In this document: positions 9,911 to 17,931 of the stretch, one piece after another
Layout: each line of letters begins with the position of its first letter
Numbering within the stretch: position 1 is the first letter of the stretch
Sequence record: MK573636
Strand: one strand, 5' to 3'
Length of the DNA stretch: 64,000 bases
Source: Escherichia phage vB_EcoM_PHB13
Notes under the pieces: generated by a model
Databases searched by the model: none
Seen by the model: only the letters and a program-made list of their open reading frames with translations
Told to the model about the DNA's origin: nothing
Position numbers and translations under genes: made by a program

Positions 9911-10114
9911 ATGGAATTGGATATGGTTAAAGCAAAATTTATGGGTAAGGATAAGAGCGGTAAAACATTTGTTATTAATAGAACATTGTTTCGCTCTGAC
10001 CTTAAGTGGGTGACACAACAATTTGCGGAAGTCAACGAGGCAGTTGTGACATGCTTCGTTGATGATAAAAAAGTTTTTGAAATTGATCGTCGTGGGGTGT
10101 CTAATGATCACTAA
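9911..10114 (+). CDS. hypothetical protein
   Basis: 67 aa ORF with AAGGTG SD. Confidence 0.4.
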   Translation: MELDMVKAKFMGKDKSGKTFVINRTLFRSDLKWVTQQFAEVNEAVVTCFVDDKKVFEIDRRGVSNDH

Positions 10115-10301
10115 ACTGTTTAGCAATACTTTGTTTATGATTGCATTTGTTTTCTTTCTGTGTCTGATGATCGGTGTTGTTACAGTAGGTAGCTATTCCG
10201 GTGTTACCTTAGATGATTTTTGCAAACTTGTTATGGTCTCGTTTATACCTAGTATTCTGCTCGCTTTATGTGGTGCTTTTAAATGGCTTTGTACGCTATG
10301 A
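10104..10301 (+). CDS. small membrane protein
   Basis: Hydrophobic 65 aa from an ATG overlapping the previous stop (ATGATCACTAA). Confidence 0.4.
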   Translation: MITKLFSNTLFMIAFVFFLCLMIGVVTVGSYSGVTLDDFCKLVMVSFIPSILLALCGAFKWLCTL

Positions 10302-10389
10302 ACGAAATAGAACGAATGATGTTGATAGGTGGACCTGAGTTCACTAAATTTGATGCAATTCTTATTGCGTTGGGTTTTCTTATGATCTG

Positions 10390-10629
10390 TTGTATGGTGG
10401 CGCTATGAGTAGTATAAAATATTTCGCTTTCTTGTGCTTTATGATGTTCTTTACATTCTTAGCATGTGTTTTCTTTACCTGGCTTGCTCATGTTGATAAT
10501 GCAACCGGACCGTTTTACTTCTTCTGTGTATTGTCTGTGTTGACTGGTGCTCTTGTTACGTGGATGATTCGAGATTGTTACGGAATGTATAAGTTTGAAA
10601 AGACTCGACCGAAATGGGGCAAACGATGA
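10390..10629 (+). CDS. small membrane protein
   Basis: 79 aa with two hydrophobic segments; start uncertain. Confidence 0.4.
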   Translation: MYGGAMSSIKYFAFLCFMMFFTFLACVFFTWLAHVDNATGPFYFFCVLSVLTGALVTWMIRDCYGMYKFEKTRPKWGKR

Positions 10630-10808
10630 AATTATTTGCGTGGCTAATTATTTTAAATGTAATTGTTAAGACCTTTCTCGCTGGTCTGATGATGGCGCAT
10701 AGCACCGAACCAGAAGAAGCATTAACGTATTTTGTTGCTTATGTGTTGGGATTCTTGCTTACTGCGTGGATGTGTGATGAATATCGAAGAATTGAGGTAA
10801 AACCATGA
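10614..10808 (+). CDS. small membrane protein
   Basis: 64 aa hydrophobic ORF overlapping its neighbours. Confidence 0.4.
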   Translation: MGQTMKLFAWLIILNVIVKTFLAGLMMAHSTEPEEALTYFVAYVLGFLLTAWMCDEYRRIEVKP

Positions 10809-11023
10809 AGATGACTTTTTATATCTTAGCAAGTATCATGCTTGTGATCTCTTCTGCACTATTTGCATTTCTTACCGTTTGGGGGATCTGCACTGATGCG
10901 AAGCCGTGGGATATCATAGAAAATACGGTTATGTTCCTGATCAGTGTCATGTGTCTTTTTGATGCATTTAACTCTATCAAGGAAGAAGATCAAAAACGTC
11001 GCGAGAGAAAGCGATATAAATAA
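10805..11023 (+). CDS. small membrane protein
   Basis: 72 aa with two TM segments and a basic C-terminus. Confidence 0.4.
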   Translation: MKMTFYILASIMLVISSALFAFLTVWGICTDAKPWDIIENTVMFLISVMCLFDAFNSIKEEDQKRRERKRYK

Positions 11024-11029
11024 TAGTGA

Positions 11030-11199
11030 ACTAAAGACAGCGCGGTTAGAATGATTTGGACGTCACCTAGCCGCATTTATTGCAGCGTATGGGGTGATCC
11101 GGTACGCTAAAGCATTCACTTGCTAGGCCGCTAGCAGGTTGGAGACAAGGAAGATTCGCTACCTTCCCCTATAAGCCACTCTTCGGAGTGGCTTTTTTA
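11030..11199 (+). ncRNA. candidate structured small RNA
   Basis: About 170 bp without ORF; TATAAATA late-promoter-like motif at 11015-11022 upstream; four consecutive predicted hairpins then an intrinsic terminator. Syntenic with the T4 tRNA/stable-RNA region, but no tRNA T-loop consensus. Confidence 0.3.
11174..11199 (+). terminator. intrinsic terminator
   Basis: AAGCCACTCTTCGGAGTGGCTT hairpin followed by TTTTTT. Confidence 0.65.
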
Positions 11200-11226
11200 T
11201 TGCCTAAATTTTTTTGAAAAAAGTGG

Positions 11227-11255
11227 TTGACACCAGACCCAGCCTATAGCATAAT
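11227..11255 (+). promoter_or_regulatory. sigma70-type early promoter cassette
   Basis: TTGACA-N17-CATAAT followed by ACACCCATCGAAACGAAACAC...GGAGAATCAAATT-ATG. Confidence 0.6.
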
Positions 11256-11301
11256 ACACCCATCGAAACGAAACACACTTTCTTAAACGGAGAATCAAAT
11301 T

Positions 11302-11487
11302 ATGGCACGTCGCATCACTAAAGCACTGAAAGCAGTAAGCAAAGAAAACGTAGTAGCTATTCTGGTAATCTGGGGTTATAACGAAGAATCCGCTAAACAG
11401 AAAGTTGAAGCAGGGTTTGAACTGGCAGTAAAAGCAATGCCGAATGATGACTCTGTAGGGCTGGCAAACTATATTGCATATTTCTGA
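11302..11487 (+). CDS. hypothetical early protein
   Basis: 61 aa behind a promoter cassette. Confidence 0.45.
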   Translation: MARRITKALKAVSKENVVAILVIWGYNEESAKQKVEAGFELAVKAMPNDDSVGLANYIAYF

Positions 11488-11495
11488 TAAAAGTG

Positions 11496-11524
11496 TTGAC
11501 AGGGGAGGATAACTCCCCTACAAT
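11496..11524 (+). promoter_or_regulatory. sigma70-type early promoter cassette with spacer palindrome
   Basis: TTGACA, then AGGGGAG-GATAA-CTCCCCT inverted repeat filling the spacer, then TACAAT. Confidence 0.55.
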
Positions 11525-11553
11525 ACAACCATCAACGAAACGGGAGAATCAAA

Positions 11554-11781
11554 ATGATTAACTTTAAAGACGCAGCAAAAGAAATTATCGACTTTGAGCG
11601 TGAACTGTTTGAGATGGAACCGCAGATGGGTAAAATGGAACTGGCTAACCAGATCTGGGCTACTAGACTGAATCCGGCTGATCGCTTAGAGATCATGAAC
11701 ATTGTAGGCGCAAGCGACATGAAAGGTGGTGCTATGGCTAAACTCCGCAAATGCACCGCATACATTGCTGATCAACTGTAA
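11554..11781 (+). CDS. hypothetical early protein
   Basis: 75 aa behind a promoter cassette. Confidence 0.45.
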   Translation: MINFKDAAKEIIDFERELFEMEPQMGKMELANQIWATRLNPADRLEIMNIVGASDMKGGAMAKLRKCTAYIADQL

Positions 11782-11792
11782 GAGGGTATATT

Positions 11793-11981
11793 ATGGGGGA
11801 GAAACCATTAGTACAACTAAGAGTACGCTATAACCAGATTTTAGCATTACTTAAAGCTGAGGGTGTAGATCCATCGGACCGCGAGGCTGTAAAAGCGTGT
11901 CTATCTGATACGGTACAACCAAAACAGAACTATGCTTGTTATATGTACTTTCAAAATCGATTGAATAACGTTAAGTGTTGA
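11793..11981 (+). CDS. hypothetical protein
   Basis: 62 aa ORF. Confidence 0.35.
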   Translation: MGEKPLVQLRVRYNQILALLKAEGVDPSDREAVKACLSDTVQPKQNYACYMYFQNRLNNVKC

Positions 11982-11990
11982 GGTGATACT

Positions 11991-12179
11991 ATGGAAGACA
12001 AAATTGAACAATTACGCGAATCCGCTAAAGAGCATGGTATGAGCGAAGAGTTTGTAGAATGGTTTATTTCTAAAAAGGCTGATTCCTGCGGGTGCTTTAC
12101 CTTCATCACTATGTCCATTATGTGGGAAGGTTGGAAAGGTGCGGTAGAAACTGCCCTAGAAATTATGAAAAAAGACTAA
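11991..12179 (+). CDS. hypothetical protein
   Basis: 62 aa ORF with SD. Confidence 0.35.
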   Translation: MEDKIEQLRESAKEHGMSEEFVEWFISKKADSCGCFTFITMSIMWEGWKGAVETALEIMKKD

Positions 12180-12188
12180 AAAAAGTTG

Positions 12189-12217
12189 TTGACACACGAT
12201 AGGGTGTATAGCATAAT
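12189..12217 (+). promoter_or_regulatory. sigma70-type early promoter cassette
   Basis: TTGACA-N17-CATAAT followed by ACACCCATCGAAACGAAACAC...AAGGAG...ATG. Confidence 0.6.
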
Positions 12218-12259
12218 ACACCCATCGAAACGAAACACGAACTACTAAGGAGTATCAAA

Positions 12260-12586
12260 ATGAAACCAGTATCTGTTAAAGTTATCTTCTCTGAATCTTC
12301 TGTATTCGCTAACGCAAACGAAGTATTCCACTTCGAAGACTTCGAGCGTAAAGCACAGGACGCGGCAGCAAAAGCCTATGAAAGCGAATATGACAAAACT
12401 CAAATCGAGGTTACTTTCGAAAACGGCACTACTTACGCTTGCCGCCTTGACCTGGGTGATCGTCTGTCTGGCTTCCGTCACCATGTAGAGAAGACAATCG
12501 CTTTCTCTAAAACCGAAAAAGGAAAACACTACTTTTCTGTTTTCGGTACTGAAAATCTGGATTTCTTGAAAACTGTTTCTTTCTAA
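12260..12586 (+). CDS. hypothetical early protein
   Basis: 108 aa behind a promoter cassette. Confidence 0.45.
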   Translation: MKPVSVKVIFSESSVFANANEVFHFEDFERKAQDAAAKAYESEYDKTQIEVTFENGTTYACRLDLGDRLSGFRHHVEKTIAFSKTEKGKHYFSVFGTENLDFLKTVSF

Positions 12587-12594
12587 GGTATATT

Positions 12595-12777
12595 ATGAAA
12601 AAGATTAATTGGTTAGCGAACATAGGCGCGGTCTGCGCCTTTAACATCCTCGGATGGATAATGTTACATTTTGATGAGCGAGTTTCAAAATGTGAGGGTG
12701 TATTGATTCTCGGATCTGCTAGCATATTCATTATGCTGTATGCAATTGCTGTTGACTTAAGCCGCGATGGTTGTTAA
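12595..12777 (+). CDS. small membrane protein
   Basis: 60 aa, two hydrophobic segments. Confidence 0.4.
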   Translation: MKKINWLANIGAVCAFNILGWIMLHFDERVSKCEGVLILGSASIFIMLYAIAVDLSRDGC

Positions 12778-12976
12778 TATGACGCTCAAGAATATGTTTT
12801 TTAACTTCGTAGGTGCTTCCATTCTTTCAATGCTATATCTTGTGATTGTATGGATGGGCGACTATGAATTAACTAACGATGAAAATTTGACAGTGTTTAC
12901 TGTCTTGACGATGATCATTTACACTGTCTTTCTTGTCTTGGATTTTATTGTGTTTCTTTACAAAACGGTGACTTGA
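12767..12976 (+). CDS. small membrane protein
   Basis: 69 aa hydrophobic. Confidence 0.4.
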   Translation: MVVNMTLKNMFFNFVGASILSMLYLVIVWMGDYELTNDENLTVFTVLTMIIYTVFLVLDFIVFLYKTVT

Positions 12977-13173
12977 TGACGATTAGTAAAAATGATATTG
13001 GTTTTGTTGCGGGTATCGCTAGCGTCTTTACTGTTGTTATTTTGCTAATGCTTTTACCCGGTGTATTCTCTGACCAGATTGAATTGTATGTAGCTTTTAT
13101 CTGTTGCATTTATACTTGGTTTGCAATGTTTGTGATTAGTCTAATTATGCAATTCGTCGTTAACAAATTTTAG
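12973..13173 (+). CDS. small membrane protein
   Basis: 66 aa hydrophobic. Confidence 0.4.
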   Translation: MMTISKNDIGFVAGIASVFTVVILLMLLPGVFSDQIELYVAFICCIYTWFAMFVISLIMQFVVNKF

Positions 13174-13194
13174 ATTTAATGTGAGGATTATATT

Positions 13195-13515
13195 ATGAGT
13201 AAACTGTTTGAAACTCCGCGCGAAATTCTGATCGATAAACTGAAAGAACGTGGTTTTAAGATCAAAGATGCAACCAAATACAGCCGAATTGATGAAATTA
13301 AGTTGCATTCTCTTGATGAACTGGTAGAATATGTTGCGGCAGTTGCTGATCCGCAGTTTGATGTGATTGTAGGTGACGTTGAATATCTCGATAATGTATA
13401 TTCATTCTTCACTTATGGTAAAATTGTGTCGGTGAAAATTTCATTCTGTGAAAATGTGGAGGTAGTTGCTAGTGAACCAGAAGAACCAACTGACAACGGT
13501 CCTACGGCAGCGTAA
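13195..13515 (+). CDS. hypothetical protein
   Basis: 106 aa behind a GAGGATTATATT-ATG type initiation region. Confidence 0.45.
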   Translation: MSKLFETPREILIDKLKERGFKIKDATKYSRIDEIKLHSLDELVEYVAAVADPQFDVIVGDVEYLDNVYSFFTYGKIVSVKISFCENVEVVASEPEEPTDNGPTAA

Positions 13516-13786
13516 CAAGGAAGACCGCCTGATTTATGCGCTGGCGGTTATCCTAGAAAAAGAATTACCGGATCTTGAGGTAGTCTTTACTGACCGACCA
13601 GTAGGCCAACGTTACGGAGGGTATGATAGCCTAGTTTATCCTTCATATAGCCTTGAAATGTGGGTAGAAGATTTTAAAAACCTGGCTGATACATCTAAAC
13701 CGCTTTATCTATGGGATGTTGAGTATAATTGCGATCCTAACTGGCCTGGTATTAATGTCTATGCGTCTATGACTTTGAAGGTGTGA
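13466..13786 (+). CDS. hypothetical protein
   Basis: 106 aa ORF; start uncertain, overlaps the preceding gene. Confidence 0.35.
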   Translation: MLVNQKNQLTTVLRQRNKEDRLIYALAVILEKELPDLEVVFTDRPVGQRYGGYDSLVYPSYSLEMWVEDFKNLADTSKPLYLWDVEYNCDPNWPGINVYASMTLKV

Positions 13787-13788
13787 TA

Positions 13789-13947
13789 ATGATTGAACAA
13801 ATGTTAACTGCAATGGTAATGGCTTTCTGTATGGTTGTTGTTATGATTGCAATGATCCCTAAAGAGAGAATGAGTCTTCTTGTCGCTGTCTGTATGGGTG
13901 TTGTTTGCGGATGGTTTGGAATCGCTTTAGAACAAGCTCTACGTTGA
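13789..13947 (+). CDS. small membrane protein (52 aa)
   Basis: Sub-cutoff hydrophobic ORF starting 2 nt after the previous stop. Confidence 0.3.
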   Translation: MIEQMLTAMVMAFCMVVVMIAMIPKERMSLLVAVCMGVVCGWFGIALEQALR

Positions 13948-14170
13948 TTAACAAAGCGGGTAGGGGAATGTACTACCCGCACTAAATTAGCTAACTGGAG
14001 GGCTTTCTATGGCGTTTTATTATAGTATGCTTTGTGCTGGGGTTGTGCTTCTATACTGGCGTATTCTGTTTGATTGGCTGGATAGACGGCGGATTCTCTA
14101 ATATCATTTTGCTTGCTGGATCAATCGCCTCGTTTCTGTTGATATGGCTTTTTTCTTATTTGTTTGGTAA

Positions 14171-14362
14171 ATGGGATTTATTATGAACAAATATATGTTT
14201 TGGGCGACCATTGCCTATGTTGTGATTGCTGTAGTCTGGGGACTCTGTGTTATCGTCGCTTCCCTTATATGGTGGGAATCACTTGGCGCGGGTTGTCTTA
14301 TTAGCGGCGCATCATGTCTTATCACTGGCGTGATTGTTGGTTTTCTTATGTCGGAGGATTGA
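14171..14362 (+). CDS. small membrane protein, holin-like candidate
   Basis: 63 aa with two TM segments, upstream of the endolysin. Confidence 0.4.
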   Translation: MGFIMNKYMFWATIAYVVIAVVWGLCVIVASLIWWESLGAGCLISGASCLITGVIVGFLMSED

Positions 14363-14364
14363 CA

Positions 14365-14580
14365 ATGGTTTTCTTCGGTCTTATTATAATGGTGCTTAAT
14401 GTCATTTGTGGCGTTGCTATGTTAGCTATGGCCTTTACTGTTCCTATGTCTGTTGACAGCGCCGCGTCAGTAGGTGTGTTGGGAATTGTAAACCTGTTTA
14501 CTGCCATAGCATGTTGGATCACCGGACGCGATGAGGTAATGTATTACTTTTATAAACGTAAACAGAGAAAAGGAAAATAA
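14365..14580 (+). CDS. small membrane protein, holin-like candidate
   Basis: About 72 aa, two TM segments and a highly basic C-terminal tail (KRKQRKGK), the classic holin layout. Confidence 0.4.
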   Translation: MVFFGLIIMVLNVICGVAMLAMAFTVPMSVDSAASVGVLGIVNLFTAIACWITGRDEVMYYFYKRKQRKGK

Positions 14581-14581
14581 T

Positions 14582-14773
14582 ATGAGATTTGCATTTGGTT
14601 TTACCGTGATGTTGATTATTGCTCTGAGTATGTGTACCGGAATGCTTGTATTTGGCCTTGCAAACGGATTTGGCATTTATAATAATCCGTGGGTTGATTG
14701 GGGAATGGTTGTCGTTAATGCGATCCTGATTGGTGCTAATACAAGAACTCTATGCAGGATCGCCGGAATCTAA
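14582..14773 (+). CDS. small membrane protein
   Basis: 63 aa with two TM segments, directly upstream of the endolysin. Confidence 0.4.
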   Translation: MRFAFGFTVMLIIALSMCTGMLVFGLANGFGIYNNPWVDWGMVVVNAILIGANTRTLCRIAGI

Positions 14774-14801
14774 ATATTATCACTCACAAAGGGGGTGAAT
14801 A

Positions 14802-15191
14802 ATGTTTAAATTATCTCAAAGAAGCAAAGATCGGCTTGTTGGTGTACATCCAGACCTAGTAAAAGTCGTTCATCGTGCATTAGAACTGACTCCGGTCGAT
14901 TTTGGTATTACGGAAGGTGTGCGTAGTCTAGAAACGCAAAAGAAATATGTTGCGGAAGGTAAATCTAAGACTATGAAATCTCGTCATCTTCACGGTTTCG
15001 CGGTTGACGTTGTAGCGTATCCTAAAGATAAGGATACATGGAACATGAAATATTACCGCATGATCGCTGATGCATTTAAACAAGCTGGTCGAGAATTGGG
15101 TGTTCCTGTTGAATGGGGTGGGGATTGGTCTAGTTTCAAAGATGGTCCTCATCTACAATTGCCACACAGCAAATACCCAGATCCAAAATAA
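14802..15191 (+). CDS. L-alanyl-D-glutamate peptidase endolysin (peptidase M15 / VanY-like)
   Basis: 129 aa with zinc-binding SRHLHGFAVD motif and a second His (DGPHLQ) diagnostic of M15 peptidases such as the T5 endolysin; occupies the approximate position of T4 gene e but is not a T4-type lysozyme. Confidence 0.75.
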   Translation: MFKLSQRSKDRLVGVHPDLVKVVHRALELTPVDFGITEGVRSLETQKKYVAEGKSKTMKSRHLHGFAVDVVAYPKDKDTWNMKYYRMIADAFKQAGRELGVPVEWGGDWSSFKDGPHLQLPHSKYPDPK

Positions 15192-15253
15192 AATATTAAC
15201 CATCAACGGGGAGACAATCTAAGGATCTCTCCCCGTTCACTGGAGACTTTACC

Positions 15254-15739
15254 ATGAATATTGATGTAAAATTAGAAAGTAAAGATTTGATTTATGCTGC
15301 GTGTGTATCTGCCGTAGATGGCATCATAGAACGCCGTAAGCGACGTAATTTTGCTGATGACCTAGATTCCATCGTCTCAATCAATTTAGGCCGTCAAACA
15401 GGGCATACAGACGCTACAATAAAGTTATATGACCATTATACGCGAAAAGGCTATAGTGTCTTTATCGTTTCAACGACGAGGGAACATGCCAAAACGATCC
15501 GAGAACGCGGTCGCGGTGAAAATGTAAATATTTCAAATGTAGATTGTACGTCGATCCGAACTTTCCTGAATCCGATCACATGGCGAGGTCGTAGTCTTGA
15601 CAAAACAATTTTTATCCTAGATACTACCATGCGCGGATTTACTGACAGCGTATTGCAGTTTTTAGAAGTAAATCGACTTAGTGTTGGGATGGGTAATGTA
15701 GAAGACCAACCTATTTTCATTGGCTTAGGTATCAACTAA
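15254..15739 (+). CDS. hypothetical protein
   Basis: 161 aa ORF; no confident domain. Confidence 0.4.
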   Translation: MNIDVKLESKDLIYAACVSAVDGIIERRKRRNFADDLDSIVSINLGRQTGHTDATIKLYDHYTRKGYSVFIVSTTREHAKTIRERGRGENVNISNVDCTSIRTFLNPITWRGRSLDKTIFILDTTMRGFTDSVLQFLEVNRLSVGMGNVEDQPIFIGLGIN

Positions 15740-15874
15740 TGAAAAATAAAGATAGCGTAGCTCGTCGATTCCGTGCTACAATTAAAAAGAATCGTAAAGT
15801 CCAACCTGATAAACTCTATGGTGTTTTGGTTGGTAAAATTAATGACGAACGTCCTGATCTATAAGAGGTGAATT

Positions 15875-16291
15875 ATGGAATTTAAAGCAATTCAAATCAT
15901 GAAAGGTGAGCATAAAGGTACTATTATCGGTGGACACTTCGCGCCTATGATTCTGGTATCCGAACCGAAAGCACTGATCGGCGCTAAAGTAATTGTTAGT
16001 AAGACTTTCGCAGAAGACCATGCGATCACCGCAGAAGACGTCGATTCTCTGGCACTGCACACAACTAGCTTCCGTCCTGTTATTGTAGATAATGGTGCTC
16101 CTGTTGTCGAAGGTGGTCAGCATTTGAATGTTAACGTATTGTTACGAGAAATGTTGCTGGACGCTGTTGAACATCCTGAGAAGTACCCGCAGCTTACAAT
16201 TCGCGTTTCTGGTTACGCAGTGCGCTTCAATAGTCTGACTCCAGACCAGCAACGTGATGTTATCGCTCGTACCTTTACCGAATCTCTCTAA
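15875..16291 (+). CDS. autonomous glycyl radical cofactor (GrcA/YfiD-like)
   Basis: 138 aa; C-terminal ~60 aa ([59 protein letters not shown]) is nearly identical to the glycyl-radical domain of enterobacterial GrcA/PFL, including the RVSGY motif. Confidence 0.85.
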   Translation: MEFKAIQIMKGEHKGTIIGGHFAPMILVSEPKALIGAKVIVSKTFAEDHAITAEDVDSLALHTTSFRPVIVDNGAPVVEGGQHLNVNVLLREMLLDAVEHPEKYPQLTIRVSGYAVRFNSLTPDQQRDVIARTFTESL

Positions 16292-16302
16292 TTTTTCATC
16301 AA

Positions 16303-16334
16303 GCCAATCCGAAAAGGGTTGGCTTTTTCGTTTT
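16303..16334 (+). terminator. intrinsic terminator after the grcA-like gene
   Basis: GCCAATCCGAAAAGGGTTGGC hairpin plus T-tract. Confidence 0.6.
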
Positions 16335-16377
16335 ATGATGATATGATGCAATCTCTTAATCAACTGAGGGTTTAATT

Positions 16378-17076
16378 ATGCATACAATGGTTAAAATGGT
16401 CTTCGGATCTCACTTGTACGGCCTTGATACTGAAAATTCCGATAAAGATTATCGTGGTATCTTTGTTCCGACTGCGAAAGAAATTATCTTAGGATCTATG
16501 AAAGAACACTATGACCAAAGCACTAGCGGTCAAGGTATCAAGAACACCAAAGACGATATTGACGTTAATGTGTTCAGTCTAAAACGGTTTATCAATCTGG
16601 CATGTAAAGGCGATATTGGCGCTATTGACATGGTGCACGCGCCTAGTAACATGTTGATTGAATCCTCCAGAGAATGGGAATACATCCGAACACATCGCGA
16701 TAAATTCTATCATGTTGGTATGTGGGGTTTGTCTGGTTATCTCAAAAAGCAGGTAGCCAAATCTGAAAAGTATTTCAGTAACTGGAAAGATCTTTCTCAT
16801 GCTCTGCGTGTTGGTTATCAGCTACTTGAAATCTATCAGACAGGTGATCTACAATTCCCGCTCGCGCGACGTTCTTCTATTTTAGCGTGTAAATTGGGTG
16901 AGAGAACCTTTGATAATGTGCGGGAAGAATTGAAAGATCTCTACGAGCGTGTTAAACTCGCGCGTGAAGAGGCAAAGAAAAACGGTATGCCGGAAGAACC
17001 AGATGTTGACTTTTGGAAAGATTTATTAGAATATATTCATCTGACCGTTGTTCTGGAACACTATACCCGTGGTTAG
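16378..17076 (+). CDS. predicted nucleotidyltransferase (Pol-beta superfamily)
   Basis: 232 aa with N-terminal GSxxxGxDxxxSDxD motif (GSHLYGLDTENSDKDYRGIF), the nucleotidyltransferase-fold signature. Confidence 0.5.
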   Translation: MHTMVKMVFGSHLYGLDTENSDKDYRGIFVPTAKEIILGSMKEHYDQSTSGQGIKNTKDDIDVNVFSLKRFINLACKGDIGAIDMVHAPSNMLIESSREWEYIRTHRDKFYHVGMWGLSGYLKKQVAKSEKYFSNWKDLSHALRVGYQLLEIYQTGDLQFPLARRSSILACKLGERTFDNVREELKDLYERVKLAREEAKKNGMPEEPDVDFWKDLLEYIHLTVVLEHYTRG

Positions 17077-17097
17077 TTAATATAGGAGATTAAGAAA

Positions 17098-17292
17098 ATG
17101 CAAGTTTATACCAATAGCAATAAAGGACAAGATATTACGCCCGGAAAGATGTATGATTTTACCCCGGCACGAGACGACGAACATCCACCGACTATCGGGT
17201 ATATTGAAGATGATGTGGGGTTTCGTATTACGATCCTTCTTGATGGTGGATGTTCTCATCTTCGCGGTGATAAATGGGAGTTAGTACCATGA
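17098..17292 (+). CDS. small paralogous protein A
   Basis: 64 aa; shares K(M/L)Y.FTP...GYI.DD.G...GCSHL...W motifs with the next two ORFs. Confidence 0.45.
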   Translation: MQVYTNSNKGQDITPGKMYDFTPARDDEHPPTIGYIEDDVGFRITILLDGGCSHLRGDKWELVP

Positions 17293-17534
17293 TGTATGTG
17301 ATGACACCTTATAGTAGTAGATCGTACATCACCCCAAATAAACTGTATAAGTTTACGCCAGATGAAAGAATGTCTACCTACGGTTACATCAAAGATGATA
17401 AAGGATACAAACTTTTTATTTCTCTGAAAAGCTGTGCATACTTAGACGACCGTCCGTGGACACTGATCGAAGAACCAAAACAACCTGAGAATAAAGGTCT
17501 TTGGAATGTGCTAAAAAAATTCTTGAAAAAGTAG
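17289..17534 (+). CDS. small paralogous protein B
   Basis: About 81 aa paralog of 17098; ATG after GGAG SD. Confidence 0.45.
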   Translation: MMYVMTPYSSRSYITPNKLYKFTPDERMSTYGYIKDDKGYKLFISLKSCAYLDDRPWTLIEEPKQPENKGLWNVLKKFLKK

Positions 17535-17563
17535 TTGACAGCATGAAACGGGGGTAGTAATAT
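17535..17563 (+). promoter_or_regulatory. sigma70-type early promoter cassette with spacer palindrome
   Basis: TTGACA...GGGGG-TAGTAATATA-CCCCC...; the -10 (TAATAT) lies in the loop of the palindrome; leader ATCGAAACAAAGGAG. Confidence 0.55.
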
Positions 17564-17591
17564 ACCCCCATCGAAACAAAGGAGTATTAAA

Positions 17592-17927
17592 ATGAGTGTT
17601 AAAGAAGTATTTGTTTATACTGACTATGAAGGGTGTGCCTATCTCACTGCTGGAAAACTTTACCGTTGTGAGATTATTCATGGTACGTTAGGTCGAATTA
17701 TGTGCGATCCTATTACAAAATTGTGGAAAAATAATCCTAGTGAGCGAGAAACTCTTATTAACCTAGATCCAGACGGTTGTTCACATTTGGACTATAGAAA
17801 ATGGCATATAGTTACACATGATGCTTATGGTATTCATCTTGCTACTAAAGAATTAACTATTGACAAGTTCAAGTTTAAAGAAATCCCGTTTGTATACTGG
17901 CTTCGCAATTTGTTTAAGAAAGGATAA
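17592..17927 (+). CDS. small paralogous protein C
   Basis: 111 aa, third member of the family (KLYRCE...DPDGCSHLDYRKW). Confidence 0.45.
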   Translation: MSVKEVFVYTDYEGCAYLTAGKLYRCEIIHGTLGRIMCDPITKLWKNNPSERETLINLDPDGCSHLDYRKWHIVTHDAYGIHLATKELTIDKFKFKEIPFVYWLRNLFKKG

Positions 17928-17931
17928 TAAA

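Noticed and set aside
11024-11200. Possible tRNA gene in the ORF-free region syntenic with the T4 tRNA cluster
   Set aside because: No GTTCRANYC T-loop and no 7-bp acceptor stem with a cloverleaf of correct spacing could be drawn; kept only as a candidate small RNA.
15207-15236. Hairpin CGGGGAGA...TCTCCCCG after the endolysin gene, considered as a terminator
   Set aside because: Not followed by a T-tract; more likely an RNA stability or processing element, so not called as an intrinsic terminator.
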